A stretch of DNA of 64,000 nucleotides from Candidatus Campbellbacteria bacterium (GTDB lineage Bacteria > Patescibacteriota > Minisyncoccia > Phycocordibacterales > JABAAK01), in assembly GCA_028817035.1 (NCBI GenBank), contig JAPPQH010000015.1, positions 1,895-65,894 of the forward strand, written 5' to 3'. The position numbers and the translations under genes were made by a program. A model generated the notes under the pieces. It did not search any database, had not been told where the DNA came from, and saw only the letters and a program-made list of their open reading frames with translations. Shown here piece by piece: positions 16,483 through 26,929 of the stretch (positions within the stretch are counted from its first letter, which is position 1; every line of letters begins with the position of its first letter).

Positions 16483-17247
16483 ATGGCTTATAATAAAGTT
16501 TTTATCGGCAATTGGAAGGTGTCCCCTAAAACCGAGAAGGAGGTGGAAAAACTACTAAAATCAATAAAATCAATAAAGCATCCCACCAACAACCTAATCA
16601 CCATCTGCCCATCATTTGTTCATTTATCAATCGCTGCCGACCTACTTTCAAGGTCAAGGGTGGTTCTTGGCGCACAGGATGTTTCGGCATACGGCGGCAC
16701 CGCAAACACAGGCGAGGTTTCTGCTGAGATGTTGGAAGATTTTGGTGTGTCTTTTGTTATTGTCGGTCATTCAGAGAGAAAAGCGATGGGTGAGAGCAAT
16801 GAAAAAATTTTAAGAAAAATAAAATCAGCTTTGTCTCACAAAATAACACCCATCGTTTGTATCGGTGAGCATGAAAAAGCAACTGACGGTTCTGCACTCA
16901 GAGAAATAAACGAACAGATGGTCTCTCTGTATGAAAATCTTACAGAAAGAGAAGCCAAACAAACAATGATTGCCTATGAACCAATATGGGCAATAGGCGA
17001 CGAAGCAGTTAGCACTCCAACACCACACGAAATACACGAAACAGTTTTGTTTATAAGAAAAATAATAAATGAAATGTATAATCGTTCAATGGCGTTCTCA
17101 ATAAAAATTCTCTACGGTGGTTCTGTAAACGAAACAAATGCTAAAGAATTGTTTGTTAACAGCGACATAAATGGTTTTATCATTGGTAGAGCAAGCACTG
17201 ACCCATCAAAACTCTCAGAAATAATAAAACAGGTGAATAGTAAATAG
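16483..17247 (+). CDS. tpiA: Triosephosphate isomerase
   Basis: GNWKV, VGHSERK, AYEPIWAIG, ILYGGSV. Confidence 0.85.
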   Translation: MAYNKVFIGNWKVSPKTEKEVEKLLKSIKSIKHPTNNLITICPSFVHLSIAADLLSRSRVVLGAQDVSAYGGTANTGEVSAEMLEDFGVSFVIVGHSERKAMGESNEKILRKIKSALSHKITPIVCIGEHEKATDGSALREINEQMVSLYENLTEREAKQTMIAYEPIWAIGDEAVSTPTPHEIHETVLFIRKIINEMYNRSMAFSIKILYGGSVNETNAKELFVNSDINGFIIGRASTDPSKLSEIIKQVNSK

Positions 17248-17262
17248 TGTCTTCGCCACAAT

Positions 17263-18366
17263 ATGTCTCAGAAAAATTTTACATCAATCAAAGAGGGCGA
17301 AAATGTCTTAATCCGTTCTTCTCTCAATGTCCCAATTTCAGACGGCAAGATCCAGAGCACTTTTAGGCTTGAACAATCAGCACGGACAATCAAAATCTTG
17401 TCATCAATGGGCGCAAAGACTATTGTGATAAGCCATTTAGGCAGAGAGGGCAAGTCGCTTGAGAATGTCGCAGAGAAACTATCGGTAAAAAACACCTTTG
17501 TCCCAGACATTTTGGGGGATGTAGCACAGTCGGCAATTCACAATATGAAAAACGGAGATGTTGTCGTCCTTGAGAATTTAAGACAAAACATAAAAGAGAC
17601 CTGTTGTGATAAAGAATTTGCAAAGGAACTTTCAAAATACGCCTCTCATTATGTTTTTGACGATTTTTCTGTCGCGCATAGGAATCACTCATCTGTCGTC
17701 CTCCTGCCTCAGCTTCTTGAGTCATACAGGGGAATTCGTTTCAAAGAAGAGATTTCCGTTTTGTCTAAGACAATCAACCCATCGCCCTCATCACTTTTGG
17801 TTTTGGGTGGCGCAAAGACAGAAACAAAGATACCAATTCTTGAGAAATTTTTATCTCGCTATAAAAAAGTTTTTGTCGGTGGCGTCCTTTTGAATGCCTT
17901 GTTAAAAAGAGCACACTTTTCTGTCGGTCTTTCAAAAGTTGGTGACAAACTTCCAGACAAAAATATTTTTGGTAATCCTAAAATTATCTCGCCTGTTGAT
18001 TTGGTGGTGTATTCAGAAAAAAATGGCGACAGAGTTTGTTCAATCAATGATGTTCAAGAAAATGAGGTCATAGTTGATGTAGGTCCATCAAGCGTGAAAA
18101 ATTTAATTGATGAGGCGAAAAAATCAGACACAATTGTTTGGAACGGACCTTTGGGCTGGTATGAAAAAGGTTTTTTGCAACAGACAAAAGAATTTGCAGA
18201 AGCACTTTTGTCTGTTAAGTCAGAGATTGTCATAGGAGGAGGGGACACCGTTGCTTTAATTTCAGAAAACAATGTTGCTGATAATGTATTTTTATCAACC
18301 GGAGGAGGTGCAATGCTTTATTATCTTTTGCACGAAACTCTGCCCGTTGTTGCGGCTTTGAAATAA
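17263..18366 (+). CDS. pgk: Phosphoglycerate kinase
   Basis: LNVP, VISHLGRE, C-terminal GGGAM/ATP-binding motifs. Adjacent to tpiA. Confidence 0.85.
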   Translation: MSQKNFTSIKEGENVLIRSSLNVPISDGKIQSTFRLEQSARTIKILSSMGAKTIVISHLGREGKSLENVAEKLSVKNTFVPDILGDVAQSAIHNMKNGDVVVLENLRQNIKETCCDKEFAKELSKYASHYVFDDFSVAHRNHSSVVLLPQLLESYRGIRFKEEISVLSKTINPSPSSLLVLGGAKTETKIPILEKFLSRYKKVFVGGVLLNALLKRAHFSVGLSKVGDKLPDKNIFGNPKIISPVDLVVYSEKNGDRVCSINDVQENEVIVDVGPSSVKNLIDEAKKSDTIVWNGPLGWYEKGFLQQTKEFAEALLSVKSEIVIGGGDTVALISENNVADNVFLSTGGGAMLYYLLHETLPVVAALK

Positions 18367-18372
18367 AAAAGC

Positions 18373-18420
18373 CCCCACTCAGTGCTTGCAGAAATGCAGG
18401 CACAGAGTGGGGTTTGGTGT
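18373..18420. terminator. Hairpin terminator after pgk (ccccactc...gagtgggg followed by tttggtg)
   Basis: 8-bp outer stem plus inner stem tgcttgcag/ctgcaggca. Confidence 0.45.
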
Positions 18421-18425
18421 TGGCT

Positions 18426-19040
18426 TTAGGCCACTACGGGTTCGGAGAGGATGTCAGCGATGACCACCTCGCCCTTCTCCAAGGGAAAGTCTGCTGGTAT
18501 GTCGATGACTTTTTGAAGACTCCAATAGGGTTTCCCATCGACATCTTTTCTGCCAACATGAAAAAGATGAAGCGGACTGAGAAACCTAACCGCTCTCCAT
18601 CTCCTGTATGCCGCAGCATATGATTCGCCATCAGCACACATGTCTTGAAGGTTGCAGACGAGGATGCTTCTAAACTCCTCCTGATCTACATGCCAACTTT
18701 TGTACCAATCACTGCTGTCTCTGTGGACCATACAGTGTGAGGGAGGCTGGCATATGGGGTCGTCTTGACTCATCGCACCCGTTTCCTCAAGTGGTATGTC
18801 AAAACCCATAAACATGCCAGGACTCTCTAAAGAACCAACTTTCTCCGATGCATAGACCCTTTCCACGCCCGCCCAACGCTTCAGACACAATGCCAAATTC
18901 CTTTCGGAAATATTTTCGGCAGTACGAACATCAGCAGGGATAAAAAAGAAGCGTGCAAAACGAAGGTATTCGTCTACCTTGACGACTTGGTCGTCAAGTG
19001 CCTGGCTTTTGCCAGGGTGGTGATAGATACTCATCTCCAT
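18426..19040 (-). CDS. hypothetical protein encoded by a GC-rich patch, immediately downstream of folA in the same orientation
   Basis: Only long ORF in a locally GC-rich 0.7-kb segment. No family recognised. Not ThyA or ThyX (motifs absent). Confidence 0.4.
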   Translation of the reverse strand: MEMSIYHHPGKSQALDDQVVKVDEYLRFARFFFIPADVRTAENISERNLALCLKRWAGVERVYASEKVGSLESPGMFMGFDIPLEETGAMSQDDPICQPPSHCMVHRDSSDWYKSWHVDQEEFRSILVCNLQDMCADGESYAAAYRRWRAVRFLSPLHLFHVGRKDVDGKPYWSLQKVIDIPADFPLEKGEVVIADILSEPVVA

Positions 19041-19142
19041 TCCTCCTATTTTGAAAGACCAGTTCTACCCCAAATCTACCACAAGACCACAAATAAAGCA
19101 AGACCCCCTATAGATTGCGGAGCAATCTATAGGGGGAATTAG

Positions 19143-19631
19143 TCAGAGCCACTTTCTTTTCAGGGCTTGAAAGACCATTTCGTTTTTGTTTTTTTCATCA
19201 ATCGGGTGAGGAATATTTTCCACCAACTCCCACTCGTTTTGTCTGATTTCGGGAAAGAAAGCATCACCTTCCACATCAGCATCAATCACCGTGCGATATA
19301 GCTTGTCGCAGAAAGGCAGAAAGAGTTTGTAGATCTGTTCGCCACCAATGATGAAGATTGGCTTGTTGCCCAGAAACTTTGACACCCCTTCCTCACTTGA
19401 AACCCACTCAAAACCTGATTGACTGTAAGGACTGCGACTCATAACCACATTTGTGCGATTGGGAAGCGGTTTTTCTATAGAGTTCGCAGTTTTCCTTCCC
19501 ATCACGACCGTGTGTCCCAAAGTAACTTCTTTGAATCGCTTTAGGTCTGCTGACAAGTGCCACGGAGTTTTTCCTTTGAAACCTATCACACGCCTTTCGT
19601 TGTGTGCGACAATCATGTGTATCCTGTTCAC
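19143..19631 (-). CDS. folA: Dihydrofolate reductase
   Basis: MIVAHNERRVIGFKGKTPWHLSADLKRFKEVTLGHTVVMGRKT...FIIGG. Confidence 0.85.
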   Translation of the reverse strand: MNRIHMIVAHNERRVIGFKGKTPWHLSADLKRFKEVTLGHTVVMGRKTANSIEKPLPNRTNVVMSRSPYSQSGFEWVSSEEGVSKFLGNKPIFIIGGEQIYKLFLPFCDKLYRTVIDADVEGDAFFPEIRQNEWELVENIPHPIDEKNKNEMVFQALKRKWL

Positions 19632-19734
19632 AAGATTCCTCCTTTTTGTAGAACAAAGTAAGTTTTCATATCACACGAAAACTTCCGACAAAATTATAAC
19701 AACTAAAAAATGTTTCTGCAACTTTCCAACTTTT

Positions 19735-20151
19735 CTACTCAACACTATTTTTTATTTTCTCTGTAATTTCTTCCTGCTCTTTTTCGTCTGCATATTTTGT
19801 ATGTTTTGACGGATTAAAAACGCCATCGTTTTTGAAACGGGGGATTATGTGTGCGTGCAGATGGAACACAACCTGCCCTGCGGATTCATCGTTGTTTATA
19901 ACCACATTTACACCGTCAGCATCAACCGCTTTTTTCACAGCCCGTGACATTTTTGAGATGGTTTCCATAAATGAACCACAATCTTCTTTTTTCAGTTCGT
20001 AAATATTTTTGTATGGAGTTTTGGGAATCACAAGGGTATGACCCTTGTTGTTGGGGTTTATGTCTAAAAATGCGATAGTTGAATTGTCTTCATACACTAT
20101 ACTCGCTGGAAGCTCCTTGTCAATTATCTTTTGAAAGATTGTCTTTTCCAT
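19735..20151 (-). CDS. HIT-family (histidine triad) nucleotide hydrolase
   Basis: HLHAHIIPR histidine triad. ATG at 20151. Confidence 0.8.
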   Translation of the reverse strand: MEKTIFQKIIDKELPASIVYEDNSTIAFLDINPNNKGHTLVIPKTPYKNIYELKKEDCGSFMETISKMSRAVKKAVDADGVNVVINNDESAGQVVFHLHAHIIPRFKNDGVFNPSKHTKYADEKEQEEITEKIKNSVE

Positions 20152-20195
20152 AATATATAATTCTGGTGGTATAAATATATTATCATAATAGGTAT

Positions 20196-21881
20196 ATGAA
20201 TGACTATCAATTAAGAGAACCGATTTCGCCAAGTATATCAAGCGCGTTGTCTGAATATGACTCTCTTACCAAAATTTTGCTTTCTGCTCGTGGGATAAAT
20301 TCTTCAGAAGAGGCAGAAGAGTTTTTGAATGTGGAATACAAAACTCACGACCCTATGTTGTTTATGGATATGAAAAAAGCAGTGGATCGTTTTAATACCG
20401 CAATTAAAAACAATGAAAAAATAGTGGTGTTCTGTGACTACGATGGCGACGGAATACCAGCTGCCGCTTTGATGTCTTCTTTTTTTCAGCTTATAAAACA
20501 CGATAATGTAATTTTTCGCATACCTGACCGACATAGCGAGGGATACGGTCTTTCTGAAAAAATAGTAGAGGAGTTTGATGATGTATCTCTCATAATACTG
20601 ATTGACTGCGGGATAAGAGATAATGATGCGATAGAAAGTGCGAACAAAAAAGGAATTGACACGATAGTTATAGATCACCACCTGCCTTCAGAGAAATTGC
20701 CCAATGCGTTTGCAATAATAAATCCAAAAAGGGAAGAAGATTCTTATCCAGAAGAAGATTTGTGCGGTTGTGCTCTTGCGTTCAAATTCGTTCAGGGGGT
20801 TCTCAGTGAAAACAGGTATTCTCTGAAAGAGGGCGCAGAAAAATGGCTTCTTGATTTGGTTGCCATCGCGACTGTTGCAGACATGGTTCCTCTTCGTGGG
20901 GAGAACAGGATACTTGCGCGTTTCGGTCTCATAGTTTTGAGAAAGACCCAACGATACGGCTTGCGCTCTTTGATGTCTATCCTTAAACGACCCATACAGT
21001 CAATAACAGAGGACGATATTGGCTTTGTCATCGCCCCTCGGATAAACTCAGCATCTCGCATAGGTGATCCCTATGATGCTTTTAAGATGTTATCAAGCAA
21101 CGACCCTGCAGAAGCACACAATCTCGCCGTCAAACTGAACGATTTAAACAAAAGAAGGCAGGGTTTGGTGGCTTCAGTCACAAAGACCGCAAAAAAGGTG
21201 GCAGAGACAAAAGATAGTTCAATGTCTGTATGGTGTTTTGGACAAAGCGACTGGCGACCCTCAATCGCCGGTCTTGTCGCATCTTCTCTGGTGGATCAAT
21301 ACAACAAACCTGTTTTTGTGTGGGGTCGTAGTGGCAGTGGAACAATAAAAGGATCTTGTCGGGCTCCAAACGGTGTCAATCTTATTGAGATAATGAATAA
21401 GGCACAGGAATCAAAAAATATATTTACAGAATATGGCGGTCATAAAGTTGCTGGCGGTTTTACAATAGATGAAAAAAAACTTTTTGAAGTTGAAGCCGCA
21501 CTGTCTGTGGCATTTGAAAAAATTCCTTCTGAAAGTGAGGAAGGTGAAAAAATTGCAGATGCAGTTCTTTCATTTGATACACTGACTGAGATATTTAATG
21601 AATGTCTGAGTAAGTTTGCGCCTTTTGGTCGTGGAAATGAAAAACCACTTTTTGTTTTTGAGGATGTTTATATTAATAATGTTACAAAGTTTGGCATTGG
21701 TGGAAGGCATGTAAGATATGAGCTCAAAGATAAAAAAGGAAATGTTGCAAAGGGAATATCTTTTTTCTCATCTGTCTTGATTGAGGAAGGTTCTAACACA
21801 ACACTTGTCGCCTACCTTGAAAGTTCCCTAAACTCAAACAAACCAAGTTTAAGAATTATTGATTATAAAAAAACTATATGA
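20196..21881 (+). CDS. recJ: Single-stranded-DNA-specific exonuclease RecJ (DHH/DHHA1)
   Basis: VVFCDYDGDG, IDCG, VIDHHLP DHH motifs, C-terminal OB-like region. Confidence 0.85.
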   Translation: MNDYQLREPISPSISSALSEYDSLTKILLSARGINSSEEAEEFLNVEYKTHDPMLFMDMKKAVDRFNTAIKNNEKIVVFCDYDGDGIPAAALMSSFFQLIKHDNVIFRIPDRHSEGYGLSEKIVEEFDDVSLIILIDCGIRDNDAIESANKKGIDTIVIDHHLPSEKLPNAFAIINPKREEDSYPEEDLCGCALAFKFVQGVLSENRYSLKEGAEKWLLDLVAIATVADMVPLRGENRILARFGLIVLRKTQRYGLRSLMSILKRPIQSITEDDIGFVIAPRINSASRIGDPYDAFKMLSSNDPAEAHNLAVKLNDLNKRRQGLVASVTKTAKKVAETKDSSMSVWCFGQSDWRPSIAGLVASSLVDQYNKPVFVWGRSGSGTIKGSCRAPNGVNLIEIMNKAQESKNIFTEYGGHKVAGGFTIDEKKLFEVEAALSVAFEKIPSESEEGEKIADAVLSFDTLTEIFNECLSKFAPFGRGNEKPLFVFEDVYINNVTKFGIGGRHVRYELKDKKGNVAKGISFFSSVLIEEGSNTTLVAYLESSLNSNKPSLRIIDYKKTI

Positions 21882-22306
21882 CAAACCCGACCTATACAAT
21901 ATACACAGATGGCGCATCAAGGGGGAACCCAGGACCTGCTGGTTGTGGCGCGATTGGTTATTGTGAAAATGGCGCTGAGATGTTTAGGGTCTCTAAGTTT
22001 TTGGGAAACCAGACGAACAATCAAGCAGAATATGAGGCAGTGTTTTTGGGCTTGGTTGAGCTAAAAAGGAGGGCAAAGGATATTAAAGATGTGGTTGTTG
22101 AGGTAAAAATGGATAGTGAATTGGTCGCGAGACAGATCAAGGGGGAGTATCAGATAAAAGAACCCACCCTTTTTCCACCATATATCGCAATTCATAATTT
22201 CATAGTAAAAGAAAAACCATCCATAGTCATAACTCATGTTCCACGAGAGGAAAACAAAGAGGCAGACAAATTAGCAAATCTTGGTATTGATAAAAACGGA
22301 CGATAG
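21878..22306 (+). CDS. rnhA: Ribonuclease HI
   Basis: YTDGASRGNPGPAG...NQAEYEA...EENKEADKLA catalytic DEDD residues. Confidence 0.85.
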   Translation: MTNPTYTIYTDGASRGNPGPAGCGAIGYCENGAEMFRVSKFLGNQTNNQAEYEAVFLGLVELKRRAKDIKDVVVEVKMDSELVARQIKGEYQIKEPTLFPPYIAIHNFIVKEKPSIVITHVPREENKEADKLANLGIDKNGR

Positions 22307-22309
22307 AAA

Positions 22310-23842
22310 ATGTTTAAGTTAGATAAAGTGAGTTTCGCGTTTGTTGCGCTATTGTCATTTTTTGTAGGAATAATCATCTCATTTCTTGTCCTTGATAATC
22401 CGCTGAATGTGTGGGTGTATCTGTTTGTGGTACTTCTCTCCATCACCATTTTCTTGGTCTCTTTTTTCCAGCGTGATAAACCAAAAGAGTTTTCATTACT
22501 TTTGTCGTTGGTCATACTGTCTTTATTTTTTGGCATGTGGCGTGCGCAGTCAGTTCAAACACCTCCAAAACTTCCTTACCCATACGACACGCGCATAGAG
22601 TTTGAGGGGACACTGATAGAAGAAGCAGTTGAAAAGAAAGGAAGAGTTCATCACACAATCGCACTATCAGAAGATGTTTCAGCGCTTGTCATTGGCGGTC
22701 GTTTTCCAAAATGTGAGTTTTCTCAGAAAGTGCGGGTATATGGGAGATTGGAAAAACCAAAAAGTTTTGTTACTGATGTTGGTCGTGATTTTAATTACCC
22801 TACTTTTCTTAAAAAGAGCGGAATTTATTATCTTGTAAAGATTGACGCGAAAGATGAAAAGATAGAATGTCTTGACACGGCAATTAATAAGTCAGAAGTT
22901 TCAACGGCAACATTAACCCTAAAACCTTTGATAAAAATAAAAAAATTATTTACAAACAAAGTTTCTGAAAACATAAATGAACCAGAGGCATCACTAACAA
23001 ACGGAATCATAATCGGTGGCAGAGGCGCAATACCAGAAACCCTTCAAGAAGCGATGAGAAGGTCTGGTGTCATACACATAGCGGTTTTGTCTGGGTACAA
23101 TATATCAATAATCGCGGTTACATTTCAGAAACTATTTATGTTTTTGTCTCTCGGCTTGGCGAATATATTTTCAATCATATTTGTTGCGCTGTTTGTGTTG
23201 ATGGCTGGGGCAACACCCCCTTTGGTAAGGGCGGCAATCATGGCGGCAATCGCGATGTTTGCACAATCAACAGGCAGAACATATTTATCGGGCAGGGCAC
23301 TTTTCTTCGCCGCCGCGGTTATGGTTTTCTTCAATCCTTTTATATTGCTATACGATGCATCTTTTCACCTTTCATTTTTAGCAAGTAGCGGGATAATCTA
23401 CCTTGCGCCAATTTTTAGGGAGAGAATAAACAAATCGGATTCATCAAAATTTTCAAAATCCATAAAAGAAATAGTCATCTTAACACTCGCAACACAGATA
23501 TTTGTTACGCCATACCTTTTGTATACTTTTGGCATGGTTTCTGTTGTTTCTATCCCCGCGAACCTTCTTGTTTTACCAGCAGTTCCACTGCTTATGCTCA
23601 GCGGTTTTATTTCTGGAATTTTTCCACTCCTGCTTGCGCTTCCATTTTTCTATATAACCTACGCGATTGCAAACTACATAATTTCCGTGAGTGAGTTTTT
23701 CGCATCACTGCCGATTGCTGTTTTGGAAATAAATATCGGCTTGTTGATTATGTTCGCTTTTTATTTTGCATTTATACTTACAATCTACCTTTCTTCAAGA
23801 AAGGGAATAAAAGATGAAAATAAAAAGCATTACTTTTTATAA
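22310..23842 (+). CDS. comEC: ComEC/Rec2-family competence membrane channel (DUF4131 plus Competence domain). It lacks a fused MBL domain
   Basis: GIIIGGRGAIPETLQEAMRRSGVIHIAVLSGYNISI is the ComEC signature. Multi-TM protein. Confidence 0.7.
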   Translation: MFKLDKVSFAFVALLSFFVGIIISFLVLDNPLNVWVYLFVVLLSITIFLVSFFQRDKPKEFSLLLSLVILSLFFGMWRAQSVQTPPKLPYPYDTRIEFEGTLIEEAVEKKGRVHHTIALSEDVSALVIGGRFPKCEFSQKVRVYGRLEKPKSFVTDVGRDFNYPTFLKKSGIYYLVKIDAKDEKIECLDTAINKSEVSTATLTLKPLIKIKKLFTNKVSENINEPEASLTNGIIIGGRGAIPETLQEAMRRSGVIHIAVLSGYNISIIAVTFQKLFMFLSLGLANIFSIIFVALFVLMAGATPPLVRAAIMAAIAMFAQSTGRTYLSGRALFFAAAVMVFFNPFILLYDASFHLSFLASSGIIYLAPIFRERINKSDSSKFSKSIKEIVILTLATQIFVTPYLLYTFGMVSVVSIPANLLVLPAVPLLMLSGFISGIFPLLLALPFFYITYAIANYIISVSEFFASLPIAVLEINIGLLIMFAFYFAFILTIYLSSRKGIKDENKKHYFL

Positions 23843-24005
23843 ATTTTTATTATACAAGGTATACGAAGATTCCAATAAGGACTAAGACAATTATCACAAG
23901 CACTAACAAAAAAACTTTTGAAGACTTTGGTTTCTCAACATAATCCCTATCTTTTCCGCGATTATACCTTTCTCGATGGTGTTTTAGATATACCATAATA
24001 TTCAC

Positions 24006-24878
24006 TTACTCTTTATTATACCACGCAAACCCATCTGAAACAAAATGGGTCTTTTTATCCTTTGTGTGCAATAAAATAGAGTCGGTGTTTTGGTTTATCC
24101 TGTCTACGACATCTTTGTGCGGGTGTCCATAACGGCTGTTTTCTTCAGCAGATATTATGGAAAAATCAGGATTTACTATACTTAAAAATAACGCATCACT
24201 TGAATGCCTTGACCCGTGGTGGCTTACCTTCAAAATGTCGCTTTCAATTTTTTTACCAAAATTATTTGCTATGGACCTTTCTATCTTTGTAGATATGTCC
24301 CCAGTTAAAAGAGCAGTTGTTTCTCCATAAAGAAGTCGTGCAACAATTGATGTGTCGTTTCTATCTCCCCTCAAAAGATTTTTTTGTGGAGAAATAAATT
24401 CAAGAGTTACTCCATCTGAAAAAGCGAAAACCTGTGGAGAGTCAATAACTATGATTTCCGCCCCCTCGTCTTCCATCTCTTCTGTAAGAGCCCTGTATGT
24501 TGCGGTGCCGCTTTCCACTCCGTTGTGTACAAAATATCTAACTGAAAATCTTTTCAACACATCAACCAGTCCCCCTATGTGATCTGCGTCAGGGTGTGTG
24601 GCGATTAACATATCAATTTCTCTGTCGTTCAATTCAAGAACATCTTTAATTTCTGTGAGAACAGTTCCCGAGTTACCCCCATCAACGAGTATCTGAAAAC
24701 CAGTTGGTGTTTCAATAAAAATAGAATCCCCCTGACCAACATCTAAAAATGAAAGTTTCAACTCCTGTTGCTCCACCTGTCTGTCATTTTCTGAGATATA
24801 GTAGACAAAGTAGGCGATGGCGAGAAGAGACGCGATTGCGAAGATTTGCGAGCAGAGTATGTATTGACTTGTTTTCAT
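24006..24878 (-). CDS. Membrane-anchored metallo-beta-lactamase-fold protein of the ComEC C-terminal type, encoded separately and convergent to comEC
   Basis: LDVGQGDS, ATHPDADHIGG, SHHGS MBL motifs. N-terminal TM helix. Confidence 0.7.
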   Translation of the reverse strand: MKTSQYILCSQIFAIASLLAIAYFVYYISENDRQVEQQELKLSFLDVGQGDSIFIETPTGFQILVDGGNSGTVLTEIKDVLELNDREIDMLIATHPDADHIGGLVDVLKRFSVRYFVHNGVESGTATYRALTEEMEDEGAEIIVIDSPQVFAFSDGVTLEFISPQKNLLRGDRNDTSIVARLLYGETTALLTGDISTKIERSIANNFGKKIESDILKVSHHGSRHSSDALFLSIVNPDFSIISAEENSRYGHPHKDVVDRINQNTDSILLHTKDKKTHFVSDGFAWYNKE

Positions 24879-24928
24879 CGTGCTATACTTAAATATATTA
24901 CAAGAAAATCTGAGAAATAAAAAATAAA

Positions 24929-25519
24929 ATGTCTTACACAAAAAAATCTTTTTCTATACCAGAAATTACAGGTCTATCAAAAGAGCAGATAGACGCTCAT
25001 CTCAAGCTTTATGAGGGTTATGTAAAACACTCTAACCTAATAATTGAGAAAATAGACGAATTGTCAAAAAACAAAGAAGAAAACGCGTATATGATTGCCG
25101 AGCTGAGAAGGCGGTTTGGTTTTGAGTTCAACGGTATGAGAAACCACGAGTATTATTTTGGACACCTTGAGGGTGGTGCACAACCAATGCCGACCTCTCA
25201 ATTAAAAGAAGAGATAGACAAAACATTTGGGTCATTTGATAATTTTAAAAGTGTGTTTAAGAATATCGCCCTTTCAACAAGAGGAAACGGCTGGCTTATC
25301 TTAGCAAAAGACAGAATAAAAAAGAATCTGGTGTTGTTGTGGGTTAGCGATCACGAGATAGGACAATGCACGGACATGCTACCCGTTTTTGTGTTTGATG
25401 TGTGGGAGCATGCTTATATGGTTGATTATGTTCCCGCCCAAAAAGGAGAATATGTTGAAGCATACCTCAACGCTGTGAATTGGGAAAAATTGAGCGAAGA
25501 GTTTGCCAACACTTTATAG
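24929..25519 (+). CDS. sod: Fe/Mn-family superoxide dismutase (divergent N-terminus)
   Basis: C-terminal DVWEHAYMVDY...NWEKLSEEF signature. N-terminal HHxxHH motif degenerate (AHLKLYEGYV). Confidence 0.7.
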   Translation: MSYTKKSFSIPEITGLSKEQIDAHLKLYEGYVKHSNLIIEKIDELSKNKEENAYMIAELRRRFGFEFNGMRNHEYYFGHLEGGAQPMPTSQLKEEIDKTFGSFDNFKSVFKNIALSTRGNGWLILAKDRIKKNLVLLWVSDHEIGQCTDMLPVFVFDVWEHAYMVDYVPAQKGEYVEAYLNAVNWEKLSEEFANTL

Positions 25520-25521
25520 TC

Positions 25522-25764
25522 CTAAATAAGTTTAGATTTTGAGAGTGTCTTTTTGACACCACGCTTTCTGATTGTTTTAAGTCCGCGAGCAGAAACTTCA
25601 ATTTTTATTTTCTTTCCTGTTTCTGGGTCAACAAGCGTCTTCTTACACATATTAGTGCTCTTTCTTTTCTTAGGAATAGGGTTGAACTTGGTTGCTCGGA
25701 CACGGTTGCTATAACCACCTGTAACCATGCTTCCTTTTCCAGTTATGGGACATACTTTTGCCAT
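25522..25764 (-). CDS. rpmB: 50S ribosomal protein L28
   Basis: MAKVCPITGKG... Confidence 0.8.
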   Translation of the reverse strand: MAKVCPITGKGSMVTGGYSNRVRATKFNPIPKKRKSTNMCKKTLVDPETGKKIKIEVSARGLKTIRKRGVKKTLSKSKLI

Positions 25765-25806
25765 TGCAAAATATAATAGCACTTAAAGAAAATTATTGCA
25801 ATACTA

Positions 25807-26466
25807 ATGTATAATATAGAAATAATGGCTTTGGAAGTTATATTAACAATAGGAATAGTCTTTATGTCGGTTGTCGTCCATGAAATATCTCATGGATATG
25901 CGGCTCATTTTCTCGGAGATCCAACGGCAAAGTATCAAGGTCGGCTCACGCTGAATCCGATTCCACACATTGATATCTTGGGAACCATATTGGTCCCACT
26001 GTTTTTGATTCTTTCACAGGCAGGCATTCTTTTTGGTTGGGCGAAGCCAGTCCCATACAATCCCTACAACCTCCGCGGTGGCGCAAAAGCAGAAGCGTTT
26101 GTTGCGGCAGCCGGCTCACTTTCCAATTTTGCCCTCGCGATAATATTTGGAATTTTGGCACAGGTCGTTGCCTCCGTTGATCCATCCCAGACAGAGTTAG
26201 TTTTCACATTTACAACCATTGTTTTTGTTAATGTTTTGTTGGGTCTGTTCAATTTATTGCCGATACCCCCACTTGACGGCTCTAAAGTCCTTCTCGCCAT
26301 ACTTCCTATGAAAATTGAGTCTGCGTATAAAAAATACATAATCAATCCTTTTGAAAGAATGGGCTTTTTGGCGTTCTTTCTCGTGGTGTTCATATTCATA
26401 TTTCTCCTCGCACAGCCGTTTTTCTTATTTGTGAATTTTGTGACGAGTTTGCTTGTGGGCGGGTAG
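25807..26466 (+). CDS. Site-2-protease-like M50 family zinc metalloprotease (membrane)
   Basis: HEISHG HExxH in a TM helix, multi-TM, LLPIPPLDGS motif. Confidence 0.7.
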   Translation: MYNIEIMALEVILTIGIVFMSVVVHEISHGYAAHFLGDPTAKYQGRLTLNPIPHIDILGTILVPLFLILSQAGILFGWAKPVPYNPYNLRGGAKAEAFVAAAGSLSNFALAIIFGILAQVVASVDPSQTELVFTFTTIVFVNVLLGLFNLLPIPPLDGSKVLLAILPMKIESAYKKYIINPFERMGFLAFFLVVFIFIFLLAQPFFLFVNFVTSLLVGG

Positions 26467-26510
26467 ATGAGGTTGCATAATCGCGCCTATCGTGGTAAGT
26501 TTTATACATT

Positions 26511-26927
26511 ATGCCTACAATAGGACAATTAATAAAAGGTTGCCGAAAGGCAAGAACAAAAAAGGCAAAGACACTCGCACTTTCGCGTGGTGCTTTCAGT
26601 CCGATTAAAAAACGGATAACAAACTATGAATCACCATTCAAGCGCGGTGTGTGTACTCGTGTCTACACGATGAACCCCAGAAAGCCAAACTCTGCGACAA
26701 GAAAAATAGCAAGAGTGAGATTAACAAACGGAATGGAAATCACAGCATACATACCCGGTGAAGGACACAACTTACAGGAACACTCTGTTGTCCTTGTTCG
26801 CGGTGGTCGGGTAAAAGACATTTCTGTTCGTTATGTTATCGTTCGCGGAGTTTTTGATGCGACAAGCGTTGAGAAAAGAAAAAATGGAAGGAGTTCGTAT
26901 GGAACAAAGAAAGAGAAGAAAGAATAA
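26511..26927 (+). CDS. rpsL: 30S ribosomal protein S12
   Basis: [13 protein letters not shown]...PKKPNSA... Confidence 0.9.
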   Translation: MPTIGQLIKGCRKARTKKAKTLALSRGAFSPIKKRITNYESPFKRGVCTRVYTMNPRKPNSATRKIARVRLTNGMEITAYIPGEGHNLQEHSVVLVRGGRVKDISVRYVIVRGVFDATSVEKRKNGRSSYGTKKEKKE

Positions 26928-26929
26928 AT

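Noticed and set aside
18426-19040. Assigning the GC-rich ORF next to folA as thymidylate synthase
   Set aside because: ThyA motifs (LPPCH, YQRS, DRR) and the ThyX RHRxxSxxxxSxR motif are absent or out of order
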